Of a stretch of DNA of 64,000 nucleotides, positions 1 through 10,760 are shown piece after piece (position 1 is the first letter of the stretch; each line of letters opens with the position of its first letter). Position numbers and translations under genes: made by a program. The notes below the pieces were generated by a model. The model did no database searches, was not told the DNA's origin, and was given only the letters and a program-made list of their open reading frames with translations. This stretch comes from Minisyncoccota bacterium. Lineage in GTDB: Bacteria > Patescibacteriota > Minisyncoccia > Phycocordibacterales > PALSA-1337. The DNA lies in contig JBAZBL010000003.1 in assembly GCA_041671485.1 (NCBI GenBank), positions 25,412 to 89,411 on the forward strand. The letters run 5' to 3'.

Positions 1-1292
1 AGATTGTCGAATACAAATATATTGTGGACCATGTATCCTGCAATAAGTCCTGTAAGTAATGTTTTATTCTTGAATGAAATGTTCGATTTCCAGACTCCTC
101 GAAATGCTAGAAAGTACAGTGACAGATATGCGAGAATGCCGACCAGACCAGCATTGATGAGCCAGTCAAGATAAATATTGTGTGCTCGATCGAACCATTG
201 TTCATGAGCCCACATCTTTGGATTGTAATTTGCATTGAATACATAATTGAAATTCTCTTGTCCCCAGCCGAGAATAGGCCTCTCCGACCATCCCTTCAAG
301 GCCATTGGCCAAACATAGCCACGCGCTTGAGTTTGTGTTTCTTTGAGAGAAATAGATGCTAGACGATTCAAGACTTCATTGTCTCTCACAAAAGTCGAAT
401 CACGATTCATCCAGAATATTACACCGATAAAAATGATTGCTCCCATAATTCCTGCCGATATCCAACGACTCTTCTTTGTCTCACTTTTGCCAAATACAGA
501 GTACAAGAATAGGGCGAGCATCACACCACCTATGAGACCCAGTATTGTACCCCTAGTCCCTGTTTCAAAGAGTAAGAATGCTGAAATAAGTGAATATATT
601 CCATACACCAAAAGTTTAAACTTTGATGCAGAATAACCCTTTTGTTTTTCTAGGAAGAAGAAATAACCAGCCAAGAATGAATGGAAAAGCATATAGACTG
701 CCATATAGATAGCATTGCCAAGTGATGCATCTATACGAGTCGAACCTTGGTGAATATCTGCCCAGCCAAATAGTTGCGCAAAACCATATATAGCAACAAT
801 TGCTGATATAGCAAGAGAAGTATTGAGCCAACGATGCCAATATTTTATAGAATCACTATTCCCTGTTGATGAAATCTTTCGAACATTACTTTGCTCACCA
901 GAATTTTTTATGACTATATCATTTACACCAAATACAGAAGTGGTCACAATAAAGAATGCCCATAGATGCACAATCGTCATCCAACCCTCCATACGCTCAA
1001 AGTTGGACCAGATACTGCGGAGTGGATTGACACCTAGAAGATCTGCTACAAGAGCGACCAATGCAAATACAGTAACTGCTACTGTAAGCTTATTTAACTT
1101 CGGACGATATCTAGCATCCAAGAAAGCTAGGATAGCCCAAGAAGCAAAAGCAATCTCTACTAGAAGTCGGAAATAGAAAGCTTTGCCTGTGATAAATGGG
1201 AAAAAGAATGGATTGGCGACGATAAGAGGGAAAAGAGGTATCAAAAATATCACAGTCAGCACGATGGAACGGTTTATTTTCTTCAATATCAT
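1..1292 (-). CDS. O-antigen ligase (WaaL/Wzy_C-like) membrane protein, runs off the left edge
   Basis: Not in the ORF track. Manual translation from ATG 1292 gives MILKKINRSIVLTVIFLIPLFPLIVANPFFFPFITGKAFYFRLLVEIAF..., multi-TM, with GWGQENF and WFDRAHNIYLDW (ligase HN motif) near 170-270. Confidence 0.8.
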   Translation of the reverse strand, partial: MILKKINRSIVLTVIFLIPLFPLIVANPFFFPFITGKAFYFRLLVEIAFASWAILAFLDARYRPKLNKLTVAVTVFALVALVADLLGVNPLRSIWSNFERMEGWMTIVHLWAFFIVTTSVFGVNDIVIKNSGEQSNVRKISSTGNSDSIKYWHRWLNTSLAISAIVAIYGFAQLFGWADIHQGSTRIDASLGNAIYMAVYMLFHSFLAGYFFFLEKQKGYSASKFKLLVYGIYSLISAFLLFETGTRGTILGLIGGVMLALFLYSVFGKSETKKSRWISAGIMGAIIFIGVIFWMNRDSTFVRDNEVLNRLASISLKETQTQARGYVWPMALKGWSERPILGWGQENFNYVFNANYNPKMWAHEQWFDRAHNIYLDWLINAGLVGILAYLSLYFLAFRGVWKSNISFKNKTLLTGLIAGYMVHNIFVFDN

Positions 1293-1363
1293 ATATCCGA
1301 TAATACTAGCTTAAACAAATAAAAAACTCAACAATTTCCTTTAAATATGATAGTATATTCCTC

Positions 1364-2191
1364 ATGTCAAACACGACATTAACGGTCATAAAGCCAAAGC
1401 GCCTCTTTCATCTTTCGGATCTGAAGGAGCTTTGGAATTATCGTGAACTATTGTATTTCTTTAGCTGGCGTGATCTCAAGGTACGATACAAACAAACTGC
1501 AATTGGTGTTGTTTGGTCAATATTACAACCATTCATAACAATGGTCATATTTTCTATATTCTTTGGCAAATTGGCAGGAATTCCCTCTGATGGCGTACCC
1601 TATCCTATATTCGTTTATACTGGTTTACTCTTCTGGCAATTTTTCGCTGATGCTTTGGGAGAAACAAGCAATTCACTCATAGCCAATAAAGCAATTATTA
1701 CCAAGGTTTACTTCCCTCGCCTCATATTGCCTGTTTCTTCTGTTGTAACCAAATTTGTTGATTTTGCAATTGCTGCAATTATTCTTATTGGTCTTATGTT
1801 CTATTATGGTTATACACCAAATTTGGTTGGATTACTTATATTACCACTTCTACTACTACTAACTTTTATGATAGCTATAGGTCTTGGACTTTTCCTGTCT
1901 GCGGTGAATGTGAAATATAGAGATGTCCGCTATGCTCTACCTTTCTTCATACAACTTCTTCTATTTGTCACACCAGTCATATATCCCGCTTCTATTGCTG
2001 GTAAATATTCATATCTCTTAGCATTCAATCCAATGATGGGTGTTATACAAGGTGCTCGTGCAGCTCTTCTTGGAACAACACCCATCAACTGGTTACTTAT
2101 TTTGGCTTCAGCAGTTGGTTGTGTGATAGTGCTAACAATTGGAATCATATATTTCAAGAAAACAGAACGATATTTCGCAGATATTATTTAG
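1364..2191 (+). CDS. wzm: ABC-2 polysaccharide export permease
   Basis: RDLKVRYKQTAIG..W, YFPR and NV.YRD motifs, ~6 TM; adjacent to wzt. Confidence 0.92.
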   Translation: MSNTTLTVIKPKRLFHLSDLKELWNYRELLYFFSWRDLKVRYKQTAIGVVWSILQPFITMVIFSIFFGKLAGIPSDGVPYPIFVYTGLLFWQFFADALGETSNSLIANKAIITKVYFPRLILPVSSVVTKFVDFAIAAIILIGLMFYYGYTPNLVGLLILPLLLLLTFMIAIGLGLFLSAVNVKYRDVRYALPFFIQLLLFVTPVIYPASIAGKYSYLLAFNPMMGVIQGARAALLGTTPINWLLILASAVGCVIVLTIGIIYFKKTERYFADII

Positions 2192-2201
2192 AATAAAGAA
2201 A

Positions 2202-3449
2202 ATGGATAAACCAATTATAGAAGTAAAAAATATAGGCAAGAAATATAATATCACTCATATGAAGGGTGGATATATTGCATTGCGTGATGTAATAGCAAGT
2301 GCACTCAGAAATCCTTTTTCATTTATCAAGAACAAAGCCAAACAAGCTGTTGGCTTGACGAAGAAAGAAGAATTCTGGGCTCTAAAAGATGTTTCCTTCA
2401 CTGTGAAGAGAGGAGAGATCGTTGGTGTGATTGGCGCAAATGGAGCTGGAAAATCGACTCTCCTAAAAGTATTATCACAAATAACTCCACCAACAGAGGG
2501 TGAAGTTATGTTACATGGTCGTGTCGGTTCCCTACTCGAAGTTGGTACTGGTTTTCATCCAGAATTGACTGGCCGAGAGAATATATTCCTGAATGGAGCA
2601 ATTCTTGGCATGAAGAAAGGTGAGATTGCCTCCAAGTTTGATCAAATCGTAGAATTCGCAGGAATTGAGAAATTCCTCGACACACCGGTCAAATATTATT
2701 CGAGTGGTATGTATGTTCGTCTAGCTTTCTCCGTAGCAGCACATATGGAACCAGACATTCTACTCATAGATGAAGTCTTGGCAGTTGGCGATGCAGAATT
2801 CCAGAAGAAGTGTTTGGGTAAGATGAATGAGATCACAAAGAATGAAGGAAGGACGATTTTGTTCGTGAGCCACAATTTAGAAGCTATCCGTAATTTGTGT
2901 CCAACAACTATACTCCTAGAAGGTGGAAAGATTAATTTTAAAGGTTCCACAAATGAAGTTATCAAGAAATATAATAGCGTAACAAAAGATAATTTTGATT
3001 TTTCTAAAAATTTCAACAGACGAGGAAATGGATTGATCAAATTAACAGGATTCGATATCGTCGATGAAAATAATAAATCTGTTGAATTAATAAATACTGG
3101 AATGAAAATCTCATTTAATTTTTTCTATAGATGCGAGAATCCTGATAGCATATCAAATGTAGATGTTGGTTTCTCAATCTGTAAACAAGATGGAATGTTG
3201 CTTGGAACAAGATATAGCTCATATACCGGAGAAAAGTTAAATGTCAAAACAGAAGGTTGTTTCAAATATTCTATAGACAACCTACCTTTGGATCCAGGCA
3301 CATATGGCATTAATGCTAGAATACTTGCTAATGGTTCTGAGTCTGATTGGCCCAAAGAGCCGATTAAGTATTTGACATTGACTAGTAAAGAAAACGAAAG
3401 AACATACCCCGATTCGATCGTTTGTATTAGTGGAAAATGGTCTACATAA
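2202..3449 (+). CDS. wzt: Polysaccharide ABC transporter ATPase with C-terminal Wzt_C domain
   Basis: Walker A GANGAGKST, YSSGM signature, DEVLAVGD; C-terminal beta-rich extension; start placed at ATG 2202. Confidence 0.92.
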   Translation: MDKPIIEVKNIGKKYNITHMKGGYIALRDVIASALRNPFSFIKNKAKQAVGLTKKEEFWALKDVSFTVKRGEIVGVIGANGAGKSTLLKVLSQITPPTEGEVMLHGRVGSLLEVGTGFHPELTGRENIFLNGAILGMKKGEIASKFDQIVEFAGIEKFLDTPVKYYSSGMYVRLAFSVAAHMEPDILLIDEVLAVGDAEFQKKCLGKMNEITKNEGRTILFVSHNLEAIRNLCPTTILLEGGKINFKGSTNEVIKKYNSVTKDNFDFSKNFNRRGNGLIKLTGFDIVDENNKSVELINTGMKISFNFFYRCENPDSISNVDVGFSICKQDGMLLGTRYSSYTGEKLNVKTEGCFKYSIDNLPLDPGTYGINARILANGSESDWPKEPIKYLTLTSKENERTYPDSIVCISGKWST

Positions 3450-3470
3450 AAGATTTAAATTATTTACAAG

Positions 3471-4181
3471 ATGATAAAACAAATGATTTCTCACTTGATA
3501 CCATCGCGCTTACTTGAAAGAATAATGTTTTTAAAATTCAAGTATGCCACAGTCTCTTTTTCCCAACATGGCGAAGATACTATTCTACGAGATCTTCTTT
3601 GGAAGACAAAAAAGGGATTCTATGTGGATATTGGAGCGCACCATCCAACAAGATTCTCCAATACATATTGGTTCTATCGCAACGGTTGGAAAGGTATCAA
3701 TATAGATGCTTCACCTGGATCTATGAAGAATTTTAGAACTATTAGACCAAATGATATTAATATAGAGATAGGTATATCTGAAAAGCCAAATGTGATGAAC
3801 TTTTTTCGATTCAATAAGCCGGCTTTCAATACTTTCTCGATACAATTGGCAAATAAATACAAAGAACAAGGATTCAAATTATTAGATACGGTCAAAGTCA
3901 ACACTGATACTTTGGAAAATATATTAGATAAGAATTTTCCTTTGGGACAGACTATTGATTTTATGAGTATTGATGCCGAGGGATATGATCTAGAAGTATT
4001 AAAGTCCAACGACTGGTCTAGATTTATACCCAAAATCATAGTAATAGAGGACAATAATTTTTCAGTCGAGAATCCATATAATTCACCGATAGCCAACTTT
4101 CTAAAAGAAAAGAGTTACAAAATAATTACGTATACGGGACATACTCTTTTTTTATTAAACAATAATAATTATATTTCATGA
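3471..4181 (+). CDS. FkbM family methyltransferase
   Basis: FSQHGED, VDIGAHHP, SIDAEGYD motifs. Confidence 0.88.
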   Translation: MIKQMISHLIPSRLLERIMFLKFKYATVSFSQHGEDTILRDLLWKTKKGFYVDIGAHHPTRFSNTYWFYRNGWKGINIDASPGSMKNFRTIRPNDINIEIGISEKPNVMNFFRFNKPAFNTFSIQLANKYKEQGFKLLDTVKVNTDTLENILDKNFPLGQTIDFMSIDAEGYDLEVLKSNDWSRFIPKIIVIEDNNFSVENPYNSPIANFLKEKSYKIITYTGHTLFLLNNNNYIS

Positions 4182-5878
4182 AAACCCCAATTCTCTTTAT
4201 AACATTCAATAGACCTGAACAAACTGAACGTGTTTTCGCAGAAATCCGTAAAATACAACCCGAAAAACTTTTCATTGCTGCGGATGGACCTAGAGATAAC
4301 AGGCCTGAAGATGTAGAGAAGTGTGCAAAAACAAGAAAGATAATAGAGAAGGTTGATTGGCCTTGTGATCTGAAAACTTTGTTTCAGGATAAAAACCTTG
4401 GCTGTAAGATCGGAGCAACTACTGCTATTGGTTGGTTTTTTGATCATGTTGAAGAAGGGATAATCCTAGAAGATGATTGCATTCCCGATAAGTCTTTTTT
4501 CCCTTTTTGTGCAGAAATGCTCAACTATTTTAGAAATAAAGAGAAGATTATAATGATTTGCGGATATAATATCAACGAGAAATCAAATATCCCATATTCA
4601 TATACTTTTTCACGATATGGACATCTTTGGGGTTGGGCATCATGGAGACGAGTATGGAAACAGTATGATGTAACAATGAAGATTTGGGAAAGCAAAGAAA
4701 ATCAGAGAAAGATAAAGAAGGCCATGGGTGATCGCCAGCATTGGAATTATCGGCAATGGCTTTACAACGAAACGTATCATGGAAGAAAAGATACTTGGGA
4801 TTATCAATGGGAATCATACCGATTACTTCACAATCAATTATCAATCATTCCTGCAACCAATATGATAGAAAATATTGGTTTTGGAGCTGATGCAACACAT
4901 ACAAAACAAACAAATTCCCATTTGCTAATAAAAAGAAGGGCGATCACTTTTCCGATTGTTCACAATTCAAATATTATTGCTGATGACAATTATGACAAAT
5001 TATTGAGACCACCAAATAAAGCACCTAGCATGTGGATACGAAACATTAAAGAAATGATCAAGACAAATGCCAAAGACATTGTTCCACCACTTCTATACAG
5101 GACAATAAGACAGATACTTTTACGTCAAATAAAATTTAGACCTAGATGGAATACACTACAATACAAATCGATGGAAGGAGTACAAATGTATTTTGACCCA
5201 TCTGGATCGTGGCAAAAAAAGATGCTCGATGGTTCATATGACAAATTCCTCTTCGATAGACTTCGTGATATTGGTGCAAGTAACAAAGTTATCTATGATA
5301 TTGGTGCTCATGTCGGATATCACTCACTGTATTTTGCTCGAATGGTCGGTGAAGGTGGAAAAATCTTTGCCTTCGAACCAAATAATAATAATCTTGATCG
5401 AATAAAATTAAATCTTGACCATAATAAAGATCTGGAAAAAAGAATTAAGATTTTTAACATTGCTATTTCAGATGAGTATGGAAATGCAGAGTTTAATATC
5501 AACAATGATATTGAAAGTGGTAGAAGTTCTGGAAACTTTATTGGTGGGGCTCATCCTTTCTGGAGCCGAGATGTTTACAAGATAAAGGGGTTTATCAAAA
5601 CACGAGTGAAGACAATTCCGATTGACATGTTTAGAGAACATCTCGATATAAATAGTTCTCCAGATATTATCAAACTCGATGTTGAGGGAGCAGAATATCT
5701 AGCACTCAAAGGTGCGAAGAATACCTTGCTATCGAAGAGACCAATAATATTTATAGAAATTCATTCAATGCAGAGTATGTTCGAAGTTATTACATTTCTT
5801 ACATCATTATCATATAGCTCAAGAATTATTCATGTTGAAGATAATGGTGTTTGCTACATAGAAGCACAAAAATTATGA
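4178..5878 (+). CDS. Fusion of a nucleotide-diphospho-sugar glycosyltransferase and a FkbM methyltransferase
   Basis: N-half FNRP, DGPR, ILEDDC, WGWASW; C-half YDIGAHVG, FEP, KLDVEGAE. Confidence 0.85.
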   Translation: MKTPILFITFNRPEQTERVFAEIRKIQPEKLFIAADGPRDNRPEDVEKCAKTRKIIEKVDWPCDLKTLFQDKNLGCKIGATTAIGWFFDHVEEGIILEDDCIPDKSFFPFCAEMLNYFRNKEKIIMICGYNINEKSNIPYSYTFSRYGHLWGWASWRRVWKQYDVTMKIWESKENQRKIKKAMGDRQHWNYRQWLYNETYHGRKDTWDYQWESYRLLHNQLSIIPATNMIENIGFGADATHTKQTNSHLLIKRRAITFPIVHNSNIIADDNYDKLLRPPNKAPSMWIRNIKEMIKTNAKDIVPPLLYRTIRQILLRQIKFRPRWNTLQYKSMEGVQMYFDPSGSWQKKMLDGSYDKFLFDRLRDIGASNKVIYDIGAHVGYHSLYFARMVGEGGKIFAFEPNNNNLDRIKLNLDHNKDLEKRIKIFNIAISDEYGNAEFNINNDIESGRSSGNFIGGAHPFWSRDVYKIKGFIKTRVKTIPIDMFREHLDINSSPDIIKLDVEGAEYLALKGAKNTLLSKRPIIFIEIHSMQSMFEVITFLTSLSYSSRIIHVEDNGVCYIEAQKL

Positions 5879-6819
5879 GAACCCATATTGTTACAATATC
5901 TGACAAAAACCACCTAGGTAGGATGATAGCACTACGTCAATCGTTAACAGTTCATGCACCAGATTCACATATTTATTATTTATGTCTTGATGATTTGGGA
6001 TATCAAACTGCAAAGAAATTGAACATACCAGAAACAACTATTCTGAGACCAGAGGATCTAAACGATAAAGAGCTCCTAGCCTCACGTTCAACACGAACAA
6101 ATCCGGAATTTGCGTCAACATGTAAACCTGCTTTCTTATTGTTCACAATGAAGAGTGGCATTGTTAGATCAGATGATTTATTGGTATTTGTTGATCCAGA
6201 TTTTTATTTTTATAAATCAGCACAACCTTTATTCGAGAAAGTCTATAGTTTGGGTTCAATAACTATTACTCCGCATCGCTTTCCGCCCAATCGCGAGAAT
6301 GAACAATGCAAGAAAGGTATATATAATGCTGGAATAATGTTTTTTAAAAATGATGATTCTGCCCTCCAATGTTTGGAAGAATGGAGAAAACAATGTATTG
6401 ATTGGTGTTATCTACGTTACGAAAATGGGAAGATTGGCGACCAAGGATATCTGAGTGATTGGCCACGAAAATACAAAGGCGTTTATGAGCTTAGAGATAA
6501 GGGAGTTAACCTTAGTACTTGGAATATTAATAATTACAAAATAACAAAAAATAAAGATGGAGGGTTCTTTGTTGATAATGAACCTCTTATTTGTTTCCAC
6601 TTTCATGGACTAAAATTGTATTTCGACAGAAAAGGTTGTTTACGAGCATACCCTATCACAATATTTCACAAAGAAATATATCGATTGTGCCTTGAAGAAT
6701 TAGAGAGAGCATACGATAAAATACAAACTATAGATTCTTCATGGCGATTTGGTACATTATCACAACTAAACTTATTCAGAATAATAAAACAGACAGTATC
6801 AAGCTATTTTCCACGCTAG
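5875..6819 (+). CDS. Putative GT-A glycosyltransferase
   Basis: VDPD (DxD), G.YNAG, DQGYL..WP, FHFHGL; ATG 5875 overlaps the upstream stop. Confidence 0.75.
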   Translation: MRTHIVTISDKNHLGRMIALRQSLTVHAPDSHIYYLCLDDLGYQTAKKLNIPETTILRPEDLNDKELLASRSTRTNPEFASTCKPAFLLFTMKSGIVRSDDLLVFVDPDFYFYKSAQPLFEKVYSLGSITITPHRFPPNRENEQCKKGIYNAGIMFFKNDDSALQCLEEWRKQCIDWCYLRYENGKIGDQGYLSDWPRKYKGVYELRDKGVNLSTWNINNYKITKNKDGGFFVDNEPLICFHFHGLKLYFDRKGCLRAYPITIFHKEIYRLCLEELERAYDKIQTIDSSWRFGTLSQLNLFRIIKQTVSSYFPR

Positions 6820-6916
6820 TTTGACTCTCGAAGGTTTGTAGACAGATGGATGTCTAACAGGTATATTGATCTTGGAAAGATAATTTGTTGTTTTACAACC
6901 AACTTTAGAAAGATGT

Positions 6917-8455
6917 ATGAAAACACTCTTAAACACGCAAACTTCGGTTCTTCTAGATAACACCTCAGGAAAAGTCTGTCTCATCATACCACCCTCTCCA
7001 TTTCTATTGGATGAGCGTGTATTCATGTCACTTGGAATTCTCAAGGTCGCAGCCACTCTGGAACAAGCAGGAGTTGATGTTGATGTACTTGATCTCTCTG
7101 GTATCAAGAATTTTCCAGATGTAATCTCTGATTATGTGAGAACTCGAACAGATACTATCTTGTTCGGAATAACATCTACAACACCTCAATTGCCTGCAAC
7201 AACAATAATTGCTCGCACAATACGTTGTTTACGTCCTTGTGCAAGAATTATAATCGGTGGTCCACATGTAACCCTTGTTAATGCTGCATTCAAAAAGGAA
7301 AGACTCCTCGGGCGAAATGGAAGAGCCACTAGAGCGATGGAACAATTAGAGACTTGTTTCGATGTTCTTGTCGCTGGGGATGGAGAGGAAGCTGTTTTTG
7401 GTGCATTGGATGAAAATCCACCCAAATTGATTGATGCTGATATAGTGGACTCACCTCTATTCCTAGACAATGAGCGTCTGACCGCACTTCCTTTCCCTGC
7501 ACGACATCTCATCGACGAAAAAAGCTATCACTATTCTATAGATAGTGTTCCCGCTTTATCACTTATCGCACAGCTCGGATGTCCATTCGCTTGTGGATTC
7601 TGTGGTGGACGAGAGTCTCCATCCCTTCGGAAAATACGCATGCGAACTTCCGAAAACATTGTTGCGGAAATGATCCACATCTACCAAACAACTGGAAAGA
7701 GAGGATTCATGTTGTATGATGATGAGCTCAATGTTAACAGAAACATGGTTCCTCTCATGAATCTTATTGCAAAGACACAGAGAGATCTAGGAGTTACGTG
7801 GCGATTACGTGGTTTCATAAAATCACAGCTTCTTACAGACGAACAAGCCCAAGCCATGTATGAAGCTGGATTCAGATGGATTCTGGTTGGCTTTGAATCA
7901 GGTTCGTCTGACATTTTAGAGGCTATTAACAAAAGAGCAACACGTGATGAGAATACTCGGTGTATGGAAATCGCGAGACGTCATGGGCTGAAAATAAAGG
8001 CACTGATGTCTATTGGTCATCCAGGAGAAAATATTGCAACTATTGAACAAACCAGGGACTGGCTCATTGAGACAAAACCTGACGACTTCGATATCTCTCT
8101 TATTACATGTTACCCAGGAACACCTTATTACGATCAGGCTATCCCATCCCATGGTAAAGATATGGTTTGGGTATATACCTATCCAAATACAGGTGCCAAA
8201 CTGTATCAATACGCTGTTGATTTTATGGAAACAGCAAACTATTACAAGGGCGATCCTGATGGTGGTTACAAAGCATATGTCTTCACGGACGAACTCTCAT
8301 CTGATGATTTAGTGTTCCAACGTGACCGCTTGGAGAGAGAAGTGCGTTCTATTCTTGGTATTCCATTCAATCCGAGTACAAAAGCAGTTCTTTACGAACA
8401 TTCAATGGGACAATGGGGAAAACTTCCTCACAATATTCTTCGTACCAAAGACTAA
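6917..8455 (+). CDS. B12-binding radical SAM protein (class B methyltransferase-like)
   Basis: IGGPH B12-binding region, GDGEE, CPFACGFC cluster motif, GFESGS, PGT. Confidence 0.9.
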   Translation: MKTLLNTQTSVLLDNTSGKVCLIIPPSPFLLDERVFMSLGILKVAATLEQAGVDVDVLDLSGIKNFPDVISDYVRTRTDTILFGITSTTPQLPATTIIARTIRCLRPCARIIIGGPHVTLVNAAFKKERLLGRNGRATRAMEQLETCFDVLVAGDGEEAVFGALDENPPKLIDADIVDSPLFLDNERLTALPFPARHLIDEKSYHYSIDSVPALSLIAQLGCPFACGFCGGRESPSLRKIRMRTSENIVAEMIHIYQTTGKRGFMLYDDELNVNRNMVPLMNLIAKTQRDLGVTWRLRGFIKSQLLTDEQAQAMYEAGFRWILVGFESGSSDILEAINKRATRDENTRCMEIARRHGLKIKALMSIGHPGENIATIEQTRDWLIETKPDDFDISLITCYPGTPYYDQAIPSHGKDMVWVYTYPNTGAKLYQYAVDFMETANYYKGDPDGGYKAYVFTDELSSDDLVFQRDRLEREVRSILGIPFNPSTKAVLYEHSMGQWGKLPHNILRTKD

Positions 8456-8540
8456 GCTTCAAACGAAGCATAATGTTGTATTACACTTCAACTCCCCTTT
8501 CATTAGTCATCATAGCAATGTTGACTAAAAAAAGGGGGGT

Positions 8541-9380
8541 CTATTTTTTAATAAATCGCCGATTTATATGGTATCGATAAGCCGCTTGAATTTTTCCAAA
8601 CCAATCGAATAGGAAAGCTGTTATAGGATCAAAACTTTCTTTGCCAAGAAAATAGATGATTGATTTCAGAAATGTCTTTTCATGTGTATCAATATATCGA
8701 ATCATTGGGAGTAGCATCATGCCTTTATTGCCAGCAAAATGGATAAAGCTATTTTCATGATACATTTTCAATATCTTTGATAAACCCCAACCATAAGCAT
8801 AACGATAACAAAAAACAACAGTATTGAATTCTGCTGGCATCAGAATCCCTCTGCCATCATTTAACAAATGATATGAAAGAGGTCCATTGTCACAACATTG
8901 CTGTTCTGGATAGTCATTATAGATCATCTCCATAATTGGTTTAATTTCTTTGGTAACAATAAATACACCAGAATTAATCAATTTATCTGGACGATTTTCT
9001 TTAGGGCAAAACTTATACAAATCTGGATCAGTCTTCTTGAGAAAATCTAGATTATAAACATTATTATCAACTATTCCCCATGGTTTGTTACCAACAACAT
9101 CAAATGGATTGTGTGCATGTTTGGTAATATATATGTCTGCATCCATGAACATTACCCTGTTGTATGGTGCTACTCGTGGATGATCGAAGATCAGCAATTT
9201 CTGCCAAGGAGCGCGTTTGTCAGACTGCTTGATAAATTCATCTACCACTACAAATTCTAGATTGTGTCTTTCGGCAAACATCTCGAAACTACCTCTAAAT
9301 TCCCTGTTAAAATTATCTAGATATTTCTTGCCAATAGCAAGAGTGACGAAAACGTCTTTTACTTTTTGATTATTATCCAT
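8541..9380 (-). CDS. GT-A glycosyltransferase (GT8/GT34-like)
   Basis: W.KL, MDAD, INSGVF, IHFAG; start placed at MDNNQK to avoid overlap with the divergent gene. Confidence 0.7.
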   Translation of the reverse strand: MDNNQKVKDVFVTLAIGKKYLDNFNREFRGSFEMFAERHNLEFVVVDEFIKQSDKRAPWQKLLIFDHPRVAPYNRVMFMDADIYITKHAHNPFDVVGNKPWGIVDNNVYNLDFLKKTDPDLYKFCPKENRPDKLINSGVFIVTKEIKPIMEMIYNDYPEQQCCDNGPLSYHLLNDGRGILMPAEFNTVVFCYRYAYGWGLSKILKMYHENSFIHFAGNKGMMLLPMIRYIDTHEKTFLKSIIYFLGKESFDPITAFLFDWFGKIQAAYRYHINRRFIKK

Positions 9381-9410
9381 AATATGTGATAGAGTAACAC
9401 AAAACAAAAA

Positions 9411-10727
9411 ATGAAGCACTCTAGAAATAATAATGTAATCCTAGGTGGTGGTATAACAGGGCTTTCGGCTGGATATGTATCCAAACTACCTATATATGAA
9501 GCAAATGATATTGCTGGTGGTATTTGCACATCGTATTATATGAGAAAGGGTGAAAAGAAACGCCTATCAGAACCTCCAAAAGATGCAGAATCTTATCATT
9601 TTGAGATAGGTGGTGGTCATTGGATTTTTGGTGGAGATCCTTCGATAATTCAATTCATTCAAAATCATTCCCCTTTCAAAAGATATTCTCGTAAAGCAAG
9701 TATTTATTTACCTGAAAAAAATATTTTCATACCCTACCCTATTCAAAATAATTTGTATTATTTGGACAAGAAAAGTTCGGCAAAAGTAGTCGACGAAATC
9801 ATCAATGTAAAAGTCACAGAATACAAGATTCTAACAATGTCCAAATGGTTGAAGATAAATTTTGGACAGACATTATGTAATATATTTTTTCATCCATTTC
9901 ATAAACTATACACGGCAAACTTATATCACAAGATCGCTCCACAAGATCCACACAAATCTCCTATCAATATGAAAGAGATTATGAATGGTCTTCGTGGTAA
10001 GGCAAATCCTGCAGGATATAACACAACATTTATATATCCAGAACACGGACTAGATTCTCTGATGAGAAGCTTGGAAAAAGAATGTAATATCAATTATGGA
10101 AAAAAGGTAGTCAAGATTGATATAAAAAAGAAAATAATAAAATTTTCCGATTCAACTACTATTGGATATAACAAAATCATATCAACATTACCACTAAACA
10201 AGATGATTCAGATGACTGGTATCAAGATCGGTGAAGAGCCTCATCCATCACCTGCTGTATTGGTAATAAATATAGGTGCCAAAAAAGGTCCAAAATGTCC
10301 AGATGATCAGTGGGTATATATTCCTAATTCAAATACAAAATTCCATCGAGTAGGTTTTTATAGCAATATTGATACTTCATTCTTACCGAAATCCAACAGA
10401 AAGAAGAATGATAGAACTTCAATATATGTAGAAAAAGCATATCCAGAAAATTCAAAGCCAAATAAGAAAGAGATAGAAGAGATCTGTCAAAAAACAATAA
10501 AAGAACTACAAGAATGGGGCTGGATAGATGAAGTCGATGTTTATGATCCAACATGGATAGAGACGGCGTATACTTGGAGTTGGCCCAATTCTTCTTGGAA
10601 AGAAAAGGCATTGAAAGAGTTGGAGAAAAATGGAATCTACCAGATCGGTAGATATGGAAGATGGATTTTCCAAGGCATTGCTGATTCTATCAAAGATGGA
10701 CTGATGGTTGGAGGTGCTTTCACATAA
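9411..10727 (+). CDS. FAD-dependent oxidoreductase (protoporphyrinogen oxidase / UDP-Galp mutase-like)
   Basis: ILGGGITGLS, GGHW, F.YP..G, GRYGRW. Confidence 0.75.
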   Translation: MKHSRNNNVILGGGITGLSAGYVSKLPIYEANDIAGGICTSYYMRKGEKKRLSEPPKDAESYHFEIGGGHWIFGGDPSIIQFIQNHSPFKRYSRKASIYLPEKNIFIPYPIQNNLYYLDKKSSAKVVDEIINVKVTEYKILTMSKWLKINFGQTLCNIFFHPFHKLYTANLYHKIAPQDPHKSPINMKEIMNGLRGKANPAGYNTTFIYPEHGLDSLMRSLEKECNINYGKKVVKIDIKKKIIKFSDSTTIGYNKIISTLPLNKMIQMTGIKIGEEPHPSPAVLVINIGAKKGPKCPDDQWVYIPNSNTKFHRVGFYSNIDTSFLPKSNRKKNDRTSIYVEKAYPENSKPNKKEIEEICQKTIKELQEWGWIDEVDVYDPTWIETAYTWSWPNSSWKEKALKELEKNGIYQIGRYGRWIFQGIADSIKDGLMVGGAFT

Positions 10728-10760
10728 ATAGTATAATTTTGATGTAATCTTTATTCGATT

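Noticed and set aside
180-1176. Short ORFs at 180-1176 in the track
   Set aside because: Shadows of the minus-strand O-antigen ligase gene that runs off the window edge
8527-8539. A7G6 run between convergent genes as a phase-variation tract
   Set aside because: It is intergenic at two 3' ends, so no frame or promoter would be affected
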